A stretch of DNA of 64,000 nt, from assembly GCA_964016885.1 (NCBI GenBank), contig OZ024740.1, positions 312,294,001 to 312,358,000 on the forward strand. Reading direction: 5' to 3'. A program made the translations under genes and the position numbers. This document shows positions 14,948 to 28,457 of the stretch, one piece after another; the first letter of the stretch is position 1; each line of letters begins with the position of its first letter. Under the pieces are notes generated by a model that was not told where the DNA came from, made no database searches, and was given only the letters and a program-made list of their open reading frames with translations. This stretch comes from Eledone cirrhosa. Its lineage: Eukaryota.

Positions 14948-15360
14948 GGGCAGTGAATTGGCAGTTGCGGGAGAGCATTGGACTCCATGCTTCGTGGCAT
15001 AGTTACGTCCCTTTTACGTTCTGAGTTCAAATCCTGCCGAGGTCAGATTTGCGTTTCATCCCTTTGAAATAAAGTACCAGTCATGCACTGGGGTTGATTT
15101 AATCAACTTTCTCCTCCCTCAAAATTGCTGGCTTTGTGCCTAAATCAGAAACCATCGAGGGCAGTGGATTGGTAGTATCGGTAAAACGTTGGACACCATA
15201 CTTCACGGCCCTTTTCGTTCTGAGTTCAGTTCCCACCGAGGTTAGCCTTGCCTTTCCTCCTTTGGGGTCAATAAAATAAAGCACCAGTAATATACTGGAG
15301 TCGATTTAATCGACTTTTCCCTCCCCCAAAATTGCTGGCCTTTTGCCTAAAATAGAAACA
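14948..15360 (+). mobile_element. Tandem dimer of tRNA-derived SINE (Nin/Deu-like core)
   Basis: Two ~200-bp units with B-box-like gagttcaaatcc and core gcctttc.tcctttggggtcaataaaataa, flanked by (ATT)n. Confidence 0.8.
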
Positions 15361-15806
15361 ATTATTATTATTATTGTTTTGTTGGCTTGATCTTCAGAAT
15401 GGCTTTCTGGCTCAATTTTTAAATGTTGAGGATTTCCTACTTTCCATTGTTTTAGCTTCATAACATTAAATGGCAAAATTTGTATAATAATATATTGTTT
15501 TATATGGAATTAATCTTTTCCTTTAATAAAAGTTTCATTAACCATTGGTTTCAGTACATCTCTTATAAATAGTTTCTAATAAATGACATGAATTTAACTT
15601 TCTCTATTTTTTAAATAAAATTTTAATTAGTATTTATTCGAACCATTAATATTCTTATAATTAAAAATCTTATTTACTACAAAGGAGGGTGTGTTAATTG
15701 ATATTCTGATGAAGGATCTTGATTTGATAACAAATAAGTTTTAATTTGACTTAACACTTGGATGACATTTTCTCACCTAAATCTTTTAATTTTATTTTCA
15801 TTGTAG

Positions 15807-15862
15807 TTACTAAAACTAACCTGTCTGTTCATGAAGACAAAAATCGCGTCCCATATGTTAAG
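15807..15862 (+). CDS. Khc: Kinesin-1 heavy chain exon
   Basis: tag|..|gtaggt; (V)TKTNLSVHEDKNRVPYVK. Confidence 0.96.
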
Positions 15863-15980
15863 GTAGGTTGCATTTTATGTCAAAATTCCGTTTTATCTAA
15901 ATATTTTACCTATATTATCAAGGTTTTTTTATTGTTATTGTAATTCTTAACATTTAATATTGATATTTTTTCTCTTTTAG

Positions 15981-16068
15981 GGAGCAACGGAGAGATTTGT
16001 GTCAAGCCCCGAAGAGGTAATGGAGGTAATAGATGAAGGCAAAAACAACAGACATGTAGCCGTGACAA
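15981..16068 (+). CDS. Khc: Kinesin-1 heavy chain exon
   Basis: tag|..|gtaagt; [29 protein letters not shown]. Confidence 0.97.
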
Positions 16069-16099
16069 GTAAGTGTATTTACTTTAAAGGGGCCATTAA

Positions 16100-16300
16100 A
16101 AATAATAATGAAATTGTTGTGTAAAGTGCTCAGGTGCACTACAACTCGTCAAAGGTGCATGTATAGTACATAGAATAATAATAATGATAATAATAATAAT
16201 GAAAATATTGTGTACAGTGCTCAGGTGCACTACAACTCATCGAAAAGTGTGAGTATAGTACATAGGGTAATGTACAAAGGTCAGGAAAATGAACAGTGCA
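16100..16300 (-). mobile_element. Antisense dimer of the same LINE 3' tail
   Basis: Reverse complement of the 8930-9180 tail (gagttgtagtgcacctgagcactgtacacaata..(att)n), in two units. Confidence 0.9.
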
Positions 16301-16494
16301 TATTGATGGATTTATCTTTATCTGTTGTAACAAGAGGGAATGGCTTCAAGTATTTTGTGGTGTTCATTAATTTATTTTATTAATTTTCATAACCTTTTAA
16401 TATTAAATCCACTTCACAGATAATTTTTAAATGGAAAACTTTAAATAATTCAAATATTAATTAGCTTGATTGTTTTATATTTTAAATTATTTAG

Positions 16495-16689
<195 letters not shown>

Positions 16690-16744
16690 TAATTCTCAAA
16701 GTAATATAAACAGTCATTGAGTAAGTATTATTAACTAGAGGGGG

Positions 16745-16930
16745 GGGGGGGATTGGCAGTATCAGTAGAGCGTCACACTATCCTATACAGCATAGAGTTA
16801 TAGCCCTTTATGTTCTGAGTTCAAATCCCACCGAGGTTAGCTTTGCCTTTCATCGTTACGGAATCATTAAAATAGGGCACCAGTAATGTACTGGGGTAAT
16901 TGCTGACCTTATGCCAAAAGTAGAAACAAT
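16745..16930 (+). mobile_element. tRNA-derived SINE, same family
   Basis: gttctgagttcaaatcccaccgaggttagctttgcctttcatc. Confidence 0.8.
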
Positions 16931-17305
16931 TATTAACTAGAGAGATAGTGAACAATGTTTAGAACTCTTATGCCATTTACATTTTATTAAGGTACTCTTT
17001 ATGTGGGTTGTGTGTAAGGGGAGGTGTAAATATTGAAAATAGAAAGATATGAATTATCTCTTAACATCCTATAATGATTTAGCAGAAAATATCTGAAAAT
17101 GGGTTTCTTAATTCAGATGTTTATAGTACCTTTACTAGAGGACAGATCATTGTGAAAATGTACAGTAAACTAAAAATTTTGATTCTTAATGTGCTGTTTT
17201 GTGGTTATCAAGAATATTTTGCTATTGTGATTTCATGTAATACAAGGGTTAAATTAGCAGCACTTTATTTTAAAAATCTGAATTACTATTTTCTCCCCTT
17301 TCTAG

Positions 17306-17410
17306 GTCAGCAAAACTGGTGCTGAAGGTGCCGTGCTTGATGAAGCCAAGAATATTAATAAATCTCTGTCTGCTTTAGGAAATGTTATATCTGCTTTGGC
17401 TGATGGGAAT
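17306..17410 (+). CDS. Khc: Kinesin-1 heavy chain exon
   Basis: tag|..|gtaagt; [35 protein letters not shown]. Confidence 0.97.
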
Positions 17411-17833
17411 GTAAGTTCCTTTTATTATCATTTGTCATCATTATAAGCACTGCCATTACGATGACTATCTTCTTCATCATTGTTATAAAATGTCTTTAAT
17501 TATTCTTCTATAAGTGTTGATAGTTGTAGTATTTCCAATCTCTTCTATTTTCACCTGTTTTTTTCCTGCTCATAGGACCTCATGCTGAATTTGTCATTTT
17601 ATTGAACATCAGTAAATCTGGTAATTATTCACTATCAAATAATGACAACTCTCCTCAAACTGTTTCTCTCTTTTTCATCGTCATCCTCATTAATGCTACC
17701 CTCATGCAAAGCATGGAAAATAGATGTTAAACCATGATGGTAAAACATTTAGTGATTTTAAATCTCTCATTATTATATTTAAAAATGTTCCCATGGGTAA
17801 CTGTTTCTATAAATAAACATTTTATTTTCACAG

Positions 17834-17982
17834 AAATCACATGTACCATACAGAGATAGTAAATTAACTAGAATTTTGCAAGAAAGTTTGGGTGGAAATG
17901 CTCGAACTACAATGGTCATCTGTTGCTCTCCTGCCTCATATAATGAATCTGAGACAAAATCCACATTACTTTTTGGTCAAAG
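17834..17982 (+). CDS. Khc: Kinesin-1 heavy chain exon (L12/alpha5, microtubule-binding)
   Basis: cag|..|gtaggc; [49 protein letters not shown](R). Confidence 0.97.
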
Positions 17983-18913
17983 GTAGGCAGATATTACTGT
18001 AAATATTTTTGCTTGTACAATTTTTTAGGTGGAGTTGAAACTGGAAATCCTTTTTTTCCAATAATTATGACTGAAACTTAAGATGAAATGCTATTATTTC
18101 AACATATAAAAGATGAAATCACAAGTTTAGGGAGAATCAAATGAAAAGGATCAACCTTTTTTAAATCTGCTGATTGCCATTTTGGTTTCTCCAGAAAAAA
18201 AAAAATGATAGATAAGACGAGAATTAATTCATAACATTGATGTGATTGTTGGATATCTAGTTTTGAGGTGTATCTCAAGGCTTTCAGTATTTATAGCCCA
18301 AGTGTCATATCAAAGGAGACATGTACAGCACATAGTTTATATTTTAGTAGGATTTTAGGCAATTATCTAATACATGAAATCTAGGTTTCATGTAGCAGAA
18401 TTTTGATGATTTCATAGACAAATATTTTTCTTGACTTTTGAACCATGAAGTGCAAAATAGTGCTCCTTTTATTTTTTTATGCAATGCTGCATTCAAGTCC
18501 CATTGCAAGTGTTGCTTAGAAGACAATAGTTCCTGCAAGGCTGACTTATCCATGCTAACAAATGGGATACTCTTACAAATAGCATTCATATGCAATATAT
18601 AATTCACTTTTTGTGTCAGTAAGCATAAATTTAAAATATATTAATCAGTAAAGGTACTGTTTTAATGTATATACTATCAAATAAATTTCAACACTAGATC
18701 AGATGTTTTCATTACAGCTTTCTTTTAGTTTTTGTCTCCATCTTTCTCTGCTATTAATATTTATTTCGTGTTGCAAATCAAAATGTTAAAATTAACAAGG
18801 TGATATAATAGTTCTTACATATAAAAATTTAATAGTATAGAGTTAGATATATAAACATTTTAAATATTTTTTTCTTATAAGATAAAGCTTTGAATATTTC
18901 AATTATTTAACAG

Positions 18914-19062
18914 AGCCAAGACAATCAAGAATGTTGTATCTGTTAATGAAGAATTGACAGCTGATGAATGGAAGAGAAGATATGAGAAGGAAAAAGAAAA
19001 GTGTACTAAATTGAAGGCTACATTGGCTAGATTAGAGTCTGAGTTACAGAAATGGAGAACTG
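18914..19062 (+). CDS. Khc: Kinesin-1 heavy chain exon (neck linker, neck coil)
   Basis: cag|..|gtaaga; [49 protein letters not shown]. Confidence 0.97.
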
Positions 19063-19124
19063 GTAAGATTATTGTTCCAAAATTTCCTTTTGCTTTGATT
19101 TATAACATTTTTAGATGGCATAAT

Positions 19125-19890
19125 CATAATCATCATCGTTTAACGTCCATCTTCCACCTTGCATGGGTTTGGATGGGAGGTTTCCCGCTTGAGGCAAGAT
19201 TTGTTGTCCTGCTCGTATAGGACTGTCTGGCGGGTTTTCTACGGCTGGATGCCCTTCCTAACACCAACCACGTTTACAGTGTGGACTGGGAGGTTTTTAC
19301 CGTGTTACCTACACGACCTCATTTGTTTCGGACTGGATGTTGTGGTACCAACATAACTTCACATTTAAGGGGGTGGTGTGGATGGGGTGGGGGGGTATTT
19401 TGTTAGAGGTGCCTACTGACTGTAGGTTTTGCTTTGTACTTAGGCAAGGCGGGTCTTCTGTATGACTGTGTAGCGCCAAAGATCTCGGTCCAGTGACATT
19501 GTCTTGGAGAGGTGTGTGTGAGGTCGGAATTTATCAAGTCGTCCCAGGTTTTTCTGGTTCTGCCTACTCCGTGGCTACCGTCTATTTTTATCGCCCTGCA
19601 CTTTTTTATACAGCTGTCGTCTTTCATGCGCATCACGTGACCGTACCAACGTAGTCTTCTCTCGAGTAAACAACATCTGATCCCTCTTATTCCTAATTTC
19701 TCCCTTAGTTCGTTTATGCTTTGCCGTTCTCGTATATTACTATTACACATCCAGCGGAGCATGCAAGCTTCGTTTCTCTCCAGTCTACGTATATCCTCTG
19801 CACACAATGCCCAGGTCTCACTGCCATGTAACATTGCTGTTCGTATGCAGGCATCATACAGCCTGCCTTTCATTTTTAGAGAGAACCCTA
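19125..19890 (-). mobile_element. RTE-clade LINE 3' end
   Basis: KGRLYDACIRTAMLHGSETW...RRLRWYGHVMRM...GRTRKTW, followed by a 3'UTR and (GAT)n tail. It begins about 60 bp after the neck exon. Confidence 0.9.
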
Positions 19891-21390
19891 TAATATTTAT
19901 TCTAAGAAAAATGTTCAAGGATTTATTCACTCTCTACATAAAATCTGTGTCTATATACATATGCACTTCCCCACACAACACTTATTATACCAAGTTGCAT
20001 GTGATACAAAATTTCTCATTCTAAAGTGTACATGTTAAAAAGCTCAGCTTGATAATGGTAAGATTATTTATTTTATCAAATCCCTCTAAATTCTTGATTA
20101 AAAAAACTGAAACAATTAGGCAATGTATTTCATAAGAAATATGTTTATGAAACCATACATAGTAGTCTCTAAAAGTAGATCATTTTTATAATCTCTGTTA
20201 ACCTTCCTTTTATTCCGTGTTTACTTTCTTAGTAATAGCTGAACTATTCTGGTAGGTTAATTGTATATTAATAACTAGGAATATAAGAAATTTGCTCGGT
20301 TTCTGCAGTCACAAACTTAATCTTTTAAAATTTGTTCATATTTAAAGGAATAACATTGTCAAAAAATCTGAACTACTTCTAATTGGTAAAGTCCTTGAAT
20401 TCGGTTGACTAAAAGACTATTCATTTTAGAAAGTATGATGGCAATGAAAACTCCAGCAATATACTGTAAATCACTCATTTAACTATATACTTTCCCTAAA
20501 ATATTTGGTTTTGTACTTAAGAAAGCATACATTTTAAAAACTAGATGACCCTGTTAGTACCACCTTTCCACTTTTCTGATCAGTAGTCAAAATTGAAGAT
20601 ATTAAGATTCTGTTTGAATAATCTACCAACGTTAGGTATTAAAAGATATGCTGGCTTGTTCAGAAGCAGAGTACTAAGCTAGCAGAATACTAAGCTAGCA
20701 GAATGTAACAGTGCTTTTCTACAAAAGGGATTTGATTCATCAGGTTTATTTTTCATCGTTAACATTAAATCAGATTGTGTTATTTAGCTGTTGATATAGA
20801 AATTACATAATATAACAGCTGCAACCTGATGATGTCCAACACCCCCAAAACAACAATTGGTGCAGGTTGGTGGTTGTTTTGCTGAAAGGGTTTTGAAGGA
20901 CGTTTGAATTTTAATTTATATATTGTATGATATGTGTATGGTGGGTTTGGTGTAGATTTGTTTATATTCAAATTAAGGCAATTGACTGTCTTGCTTATAT
21001 GAAATATAATATTTATATATGGAGTTTAACTTATTCTGCAACATTAACTAACCAATCATTTTGTATAAACCAATTATATTAATAAAAGTAGCACAACTTT
21101 AAAGAAATAACAAAGAAAGCATAAGTTTAAGTATCTAAGAAATGGTTTGGCATGTGCTGTGTAGTATAATCACAATACAGTTGCCCAGTAAGTCTTATAT
21201 ATGAGGTTTAAATCCTGTCAGTTTCTCTTTCTTTTAAATTGGTGCTTGTAATATCTAATATTATTTTACTTTTGATAATCTGATACTAATAATTATAATC
21301 ACTTCTTAAGCTATGAATTAAAATAATAATCTCAATCAATGATGTCACAAATGAGTAATAAATTTAACATTTATATTTGATCTGTTTTAG

Positions 21391-21563
21391 GTCAAGCAGT
21401 GTCTATAGATGACCAAGTTGATCTGAAAGCAGATATTCCTGCAGAGTCTCCTGCTACCAGTACAACTAGCCTAGCTGGAAATATGGTAGTGTCCATGAAT
21501 GAAGGTGATCGTAACCAACTAGAAGAAGAACGATTGAAACTGTATCAACAACTTGATGATAAA
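21391..21563 (+). CDS. Khc: Kinesin-1 heavy chain exon (hinge 1)
   Basis: tag|..|gtaaat; (G)QAVSIDDQVDLKADIPAESPATSTTSLAG...LYQQLDDK. Confidence 0.95.
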
Positions 21564-22230
21564 GTAAATTTATACTTTTCTTTTTTCATCTTACTTTATC
21601 GTTATCCCAAACACACCATAATAGCAGTTAAATGGTTTTATATCTATTAATTTAGTTTTATGAAATCTGAACAATTTGTATTTTGAAAGCTCTTGTTACT
21701 AATAAACACAGGCAATGATTGAGGTTATTTGTTCATTTATTTTTGTTTAATTTAAATATTTTGTTATTGTATGATACTAATAATAATAAAAAAATAGTTT
21801 GTAAAGAGAAGTAAATAACTAGAATTAGTGCATGTGTTTATTGTTGGCAAAGATTGCTCTTCCAAAATACAATATCTGTTTCAACACCATTTCAAATAAA
21901 ACTCTTGCCAAATGTATATATAAATAAGCATTTATTTGTGAGTATAAAGATATTTATTCAGATTAATGAGTGGAAAGTGAATATTTCTTTCTAGATTCTA
22001 TTTAAATTTTATCATTGTACTTCAATAATTAAAAAGAAATCTTTGGCTTGTTTGATGTGAATTGAGATATACTTAGTTTGTATATTTTTATGATTATAGA
22101 TGACATAAATAATGTAAATGTGCAAATTGTTGATTTTAATGGGTATTGTTGAATAATTTGTCAAGTGGATATTAAACTACTTTAATGGTTAGTGGTTTGA
22201 TATGTAACTAATTGAATTATTTTAATGCAG

Positions 22231-22506
22231 GATGATGAAATCAACAACCAGTCTCAGTTAATAGAGAAACTAAATGAACAGATGGTAGAACAGGAAGATC
22301 TAATTTGTCAATCTCGTAAAGACTACGAAAATCTGCAGCAAGAGATGTCACGTATTCAGGCTGATAATGAATCAGCTAAAGATGAAGTAAAAGAAGTCTT
22401 GCAAGCACTTGAAGAATTGGCTATGAATTATGATCAAAAGTCTCAAGAGGTCGAAAATAAGAATAAAGAAAATGAAAATCTTAGTGATGAACTTAGCCAA
22501 AAGCTG
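22231..22506 (+). CDS. Khc: Kinesin-1 heavy chain exon (coil 1)
   Basis: cag|..|gtaagt; [14 protein letters not shown]...[22 protein letters not shown]...SQKL. Confidence 0.97.
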
Positions 22507-23706
22507 GTAAGTTATGTTATTTTACTTCAACAATATTTATTGTTTCAGATTTCACTCCATATTGTGGTTGGTGATCAAATGACGATAGCATAAAATAAAG
22601 AGGATTCTGTAATCATGTCAAGCAATCAACAACTTCTAGTGTTGGTGCCGCAATAAAATGTAGCCAGTACACTTTGGTGTTATGAAGGACATGCAGCTAT
22701 GCAAGTCATGCCAAAAATGGGTATGGCATAGTCCTCTGACCCATATGGAAAGGTAGTAACTCTGAATAAGAACTGACTCAGACCAATGACTATCAAACTC
22801 ATGCCAGCATAGAAAGCAGATGTAGAATGGTGATTGCTGAGAATGTATGCAAATGATGATTCCTGAGAAATTATATAAATGGAAATTCAGTTATGCGACA
22901 TTAAAAAAATGTCTTCACAGCATTATAATAATAGTATTGAATTTCTCATTATATATCTTGATTTTAGTGGAAAATATGTCAAATTGTAGTATATTCCTAA
23001 TTCTTTGGTAAGAACCATACAGTTTTGCTTTTACTGAATGATATATAACTTAACAATTAGTCAAAGACAACACATCGCATTACATTTCATTTTTGTGTTT
23101 ACAAATGGAAACTATCTGTTATTGAATAGATTGAATTTTAGTAAACTGTGTTGAATGTTTCAGTTTAAAATTTAAATAGTATTAGTTTTTCTCCATGTTT
23201 TGCACAATTCCATTTCTTTTTTTTATAATAACTTAGATTGCAAATATTACAACTCCATGAAATATTTACATTAAGAATTATTTGAAAATCAATATTAAAG
23301 ACACTCAGATTACAGCTATAGAGATATGGCACAGTATTACTGTGGTGTCAAATTATAAAATGTCTTACCATTGTCTTTGATATAAAGAACTATTGGTTTT
23401 AATAATATGGAACTTAATTTCTTGTAATAGGAAAAACAATAATTGGTTATTATTGAGTAGCCCCAAGTCAACCCTGAAGGAACGGGACTATGACCAGTGT
23501 TCAAATTTGACTATTCCATCTTTTTTAAATGGTAGAATGTGATTTTAAGGAATCTGGCTGCAATTTCTAACAAATCAGATGATGTGACCAGTGAAACATA
23601 TTTACTCAGAATGTTAGAGTAAAGGATGTAGTTAATTTAATACTCTTTTTTTACTTTGGTTTTTGTGGACTATATTTTATGAAAATTTGACAATATCTCC
23701 TTTCAG

Positions 23707-23856
23707 AGCACACTGAACAGCTTACAAAATGAACTGGATCAATTGAAAGATTCTTCAATGCACCATAGAAAACGAGTCACTGATATGATGATTAATTTAT
23801 TGAAAGACCTTGGTGATATTGGTACTATTGTTGGCGGAAATGCAGCTGAAACTAAA
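23707..23856 (+). CDS. Khc: Kinesin-1 heavy chain exon
   Basis: cag|..|gtaagt; STLNSLQNELDQLKDSSMHHRKRVTDMMINLLKDLGDIGTIVGGNAAETK. Confidence 0.96.
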
Positions 23857-24030
23857 GTAAGTGTTGATAATCCTATTATGTTTTGATAACCCCCCCTTGT
23901 CTCTTTATATATATATATTTGCTTTTTAAAATTTGTGTAGATTTAAAAAAAGTTTTTCTCAATCATTACACAACTTTATTCCAAAATATTACTGCTATTT
24001 CCATAATCTCTTTATTGTAATGTTTTTCAG

Positions 24031-24222
24031 CCAACTGCAGGTTCTGGAGAAAAGATTGAAGAAGAATTCACTGTTGCTCGTTTATATATAAGCAAGATGA
24101 AATCTGAAGTTAAAACCTTAGTTAGTCGGAATTCTCAACTTGAGACTTATCAGCAAGATACATTAAAGAAAATGGATGAAAGCGAAAAAGAATTGTCAAA
24201 TTGCAGATTACTTATTCAGCAG
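24031..24222 (+). CDS. Khc: Kinesin-1 heavy chain exon
   Basis: cag|..|gtaaac; [33 protein letters not shown]...CRLLIQQ. Confidence 0.96.
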
Positions 24223-24629
24223 GTAAACATTTTTATTTTATCGATTTATTAAATATGTTTTTAATAATTCAATGGGACCTACTTACATCTACAATTTAGG
24301 TAATTTGATTTCACTTAAAAGCATTTCAATAAATGTTTTGCTGTACTAACTCACATATTACTGCTCCATTATAAAATTTGTCAATATTCTTCTTCTGGAT
24401 TTGTTGAGTAGGTTGGTACTTAAATATGTATATTTTTTAAAACAATAAAAGTTCAAAAAAAGAAACAAAGCCCGCAATCAATTTAACTTCTTTGTATGAC
24501 AGCATTAACCTGAAACTATTTTCATTCTAAGTAACCTATAAATTGTAGTGAAGTTAGAAATGAGGAAAAACATGTTACTACTTTTCCATAGTTGACATTA
24601 AATTATTATTGTTGAATAATTAGTGTTTT

Positions 24630-25560
24630 AATATGTTCTTGTTTGGATTTGTGCTGGGAAGAGAAATGATGCAATTTTTATTGGGAGGCAGTTACAGAAG
24701 TACAGGGACAAGAGAAAGATTTTTTTTTTGTCTATCTGGAGAAAGTTTTCAATGGAGTTCCAAATGGAGTAGTGACATGGGCATTGAGAGAGATAGGAGT
24801 GGAGAAATGGTTGGTTAGTGTTATGATGACAATGTATGAGAGAGCTTCTACAGTTATAAGTATGAAGTGACAATTGGAGTGGATGAGGGATCAGTATTAA
24901 AGCCCACTACTATTTGTAGTTGTGATGGAAGTATTCGCCAAAAGTATAAAAGTGGGTTTATCATAGGAGTCATTGTATGCAGATGTTAATAGCAGAGAGT
25001 ACGGGTGGACTGGGGAAAACGATAAGTGGAAGGAATGTATGGCGGCAAGAGGTAAGAAGTGAATATTGGAAAGGCAAAGGTGATGGCAAATGCTAAAGTA
25101 TGTGGTGAGATGGAAAAAACAGGAAGGCAGTCATTTCCAAGAAGGATGTTGGAGCAAACTCCCTGGGTGCATATGTCGAAAATGTAGTGATGTGAAGGGA
25201 TTATTATATGTGATACCTACATTTAAGTGTAAAGTGTGTATGGGGTGGTGGTGCAGATGGAGATGATGTTGAACTGGGTCTTGGGAATGATGTGAAGATG
25301 GAATGTGTGGAAATGTTTTTTTACCTTGGAGACATAAAGAATGGAGAAGGTGAATCAGACTTTGTGACTATGGAAACAGTTCCAAGAACTGAGGGGAGTG
25401 TTACTGAAACTGAAAGTGTATGCTACATGTGTGAAGTGCCATGATTTTGGGGACTGAGGTAGTGGAAGTAATGGAAATGAAAATGGTCTGGTGGATGAGT
25501 GAAGTATTGCTTGGTGAGAGGAAGACGCACAATGAACTGAAGATGGTGGGGATAGAACCA
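24630..25560 (+). mobile_element. Heavily decayed RTE RT fragment
   Basis: Frameshifted GVDEGSVL.PLLFVVVMEV..LYAD and F.YLGD motifs. Confidence 0.75.
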
Positions 25561-25699
25561 GATTATAGATATCCTAGATTATAATGCTGTTTAATTTATC
25601 TTACTACCCCTCCCTCTGCCACAACCGCTACAAGTTTTTCATGTGAGTATACTTTCTTCTGATGGTAATCTGTATTGTATTTATGTTCTTTCATTATAG

Positions 25700-25817
25700 C
25701 ATGAAGCTAAAATGCAAACTCTCCAAGAAACCATTAAAGATGCTGAAAATAAGAGGCGAACAATGGAAGAAAATGTTGACTCTCTGAATGAAGAGTATGC
25801 TAAATTGAAAGCACAAG
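25700..25817 (+). CDS. Khc: Kinesin-1 heavy chain exon
   Basis: tag|..|gtacaa; HEAKMQTLQETIKDAENKRRTMEENVDSLNEEYAKLKAQ. Confidence 0.95.
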
Positions 25818-26424
25818 GTACAAGCTATGAGACATTGTTCATTATGTCATTCTAAGATATTTGCAAAATCTTATATTATTTTTTTGAGTCATGGTTTTTA
25901 TTTGTGCAGATGGAAAAATTAATTTTTCATGAAAAATAATTTTATCTTGAAGCTGGATTCAAGCTTTAAAAAAAAAGAACTACAATTCTTTATAACTGAT
26001 AATTATTTTTCTGATTCCTTTGTGGGTTGAACTCGACACTGTACAATTTGTTAAATTGGGGGAGTGATGTAATAATTTTTCTTTATTATAACTTATGTTT
26101 AGATTATTATTAAATTTACCTTTTACTCTTTACATTTGATATAATTATAGTTGTTTAATTTTATATTAAATTATCCAGTTATAACATCCCTATTCAAATA
26201 CTGATGCCTGAAATTCATCTTAGCACATGTGATCATGACCAAATTTGAGAAAGAAATTAAGATGATGTTTAAACACTTATTTATAATATTAAAACACATA
26301 AATTAAGATTAAAGTTAGTGTCTTTTTGAAAATTGATATAAGCATCAAACAGGTTTGGAAAGTGCCAAAAATGTGTACATTTTAGATTGAGAATAAAATA
26401 TGCTGTCGTTTTATATTATTTTAG

Positions 26425-26599
26425 AACAAATGCATTTATCTGCATTATCTGAGCGAGAAAAGGAAACTAGTGAAGCTAGTGAAACACGTGAAGTTTTGGA
26501 GAAACAGATGGAGATGCACCGTGAACAACATCAAAAGCAGTTGCAATCCTTACGCGACAAAATTGCAGAAAAGCAGGCTACTGTTGATGATCTTAAAGA
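26425..26599 (+). CDS. Khc: Kinesin-1 heavy chain exon
   Basis: tag|..|gtatgt; (E)QMHLSALSEREKE...HREQHQKQLQSLRDKIAEKQATVDDLK(D). Confidence 0.95.
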
Positions 26600-27156
26600 G
26601 TATGTTATTTTTCATTTGTATTTATCCACGGTAACAAACATACTAGTATTGATGCAAAATTTCATATGAGGACAGGCAGAGATCAATAAAACCATGCAGT
26701 TAAAATTCAAGTTTAAATACATTTAGAGGATAGCACTAATATAGGAGAGAGATATGGTAGGTTTATTGCACAGAACAGATATTTAAAAGTGAGTGGGAAA
26801 ATAATGTTTTAGCTTATATTATTACTATAGAATTTAAAGAAGAAATGGAGTGATAATTGTTAAATAGGAATGGGGCGGTAAAAATAAGTAGAAATGAGCA
26901 TAATGTATTAATTGTAATGAGTGACTGTTGATGACTTCTCTCCTAGTGTTCACCTTATACTATATGAATCTCTGATAGTTTGTAATTTAGAAATAATTGT
27001 CAATTACTACTTTTACTTGATAATGTATGTATTTTGTATATTATTTAACAAATAATATTGTGTTAACATTTCATTTGATGTGATATTAAAATCTATAATG
27101 CTTTATCATCAAGTGTCTCTCTTTCTCTCTATGTATATATTTATATTACTTTGTAG

Positions 27157-27319
27157 TTCCAACCAGAAACTAACATTAGCCCTTGAGAAACTTCAAGCTG
27201 ATTATGATAAATTGAAGCAAGAAGAGGTTGAAAAGTCTGCTAAATTAGCTGATCTGTCATTGCAAATTGATCGCCGAGAACAAGCTAAACAAGATCTGAA
27301 AGGTCTTGAAGAAACTGTG
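27157..27319 (+). CDS. Khc: Kinesin-1 heavy chain exon
   Basis: tag|..|gtatgt; [20 protein letters not shown]...[17 protein letters not shown]. Confidence 0.96.
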
Positions 27320-27819
27320 GTATGTAGAAGAAAGATTTATAAAGAAATCAGTTCTCTAAAGTTTTTTGTTGTGATTTGTGAAATATCAGAATACCAAATC
27401 ATAGTAGAATAAAACTATGTTGATATCCACAGAGCTGAGTTCCAATAACTATACAGATGCTTGGTTATGTATCATGGAAAAGGTTTCATTATTTGTTTAA
27501 AAACATGTCAGATTACGTTTTTAAACTCTTTTCTCTTCATCTAATTAACACAAACAATATATATATATATTGTTTTTTAATTGCTGAATATTAGAAATTT
27601 TCTTTTCGTTTTTAGTTATAATTTTTAGAAAATTATACAAAAAAAGAATTTAGTATGAGTAAATGACATGTTCTAATAGTTTTTATTCCTTCAATTTTAA
27701 GTTTAAGCTTCTTATTCTTTATAAATATCTTAAATTTTGTTTTTAAAATATAGGTTACAGTTTTGTTACATAATTGTTTAAGATTTGATTTCTCAAACGC
27801 ATTTCTATGTTCAAATTAG

Positions 27820-27891
27820 GCAAAAGAACTGCAAACTCTGCATAACCTCAGAAAATTGTTTGTACAAGATCTCCAAAATAAAGTGAAAAAG
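27820..27891 (+). CDS. Khc: Kinesin-1 heavy chain exon (light-chain-binding region)
   Basis: tag|..|gtaaga; AKELQTLHNLRKLFVQDLQNKVKK. Confidence 0.96.
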
Positions 27892-28457
27892 GTAAGAATT
27901 TTTTATTAGTTTTGAATTTATAAAAAACTCAATCTTTGTATATTTGCAAACAATCTGAGATTTACAGTATATTGTTCATCATCATTACCAGTGGTCGTAA
28001 TGTCAACATTATGACTTAAACAGTTTTACATTGCCACTGCAATAGTTGAATAGGTTGAAGGGCCGGCCGGGCTTAGTCAGAATTTACTATTTTGTATTGA
28101 TACTAATTTTCCCTTAGTAGTATTTCAACAATTATTGTTGAGCAACCAAAGCCAAAAAGAATAGCTAATCTACATTTAATTATGTTTTGTCTTCATATTT
28201 AACATTTCAGTACCAACAATGACTTTTTCTAAGTGGTGAGGACAGTTGACATCACAATTTTTCAAACTCAAATTTACCATAGCTTCTCTAACATTTATGG
28301 ATAATTAGTTATCCTACTTTTTTTTTCATTTGTTCAATTAGTCTTTTTATTTTAATGAGCTTTGGGGTACATAATTGCAGATAGATCAGTTATGGAAATT
28401 TAGACACATAATTATGTTTTACATTGTTTATAAAGGTTATTATATTTTTATTTTCAG

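Noticed and set aside
17795-17862. actgtttct (17800-17808) as editing-complementary sequence for agagatagt next to K282
   Set aside because: Only 9 bp including two G-U pairs, which is expected by chance in AT-rich DNA.
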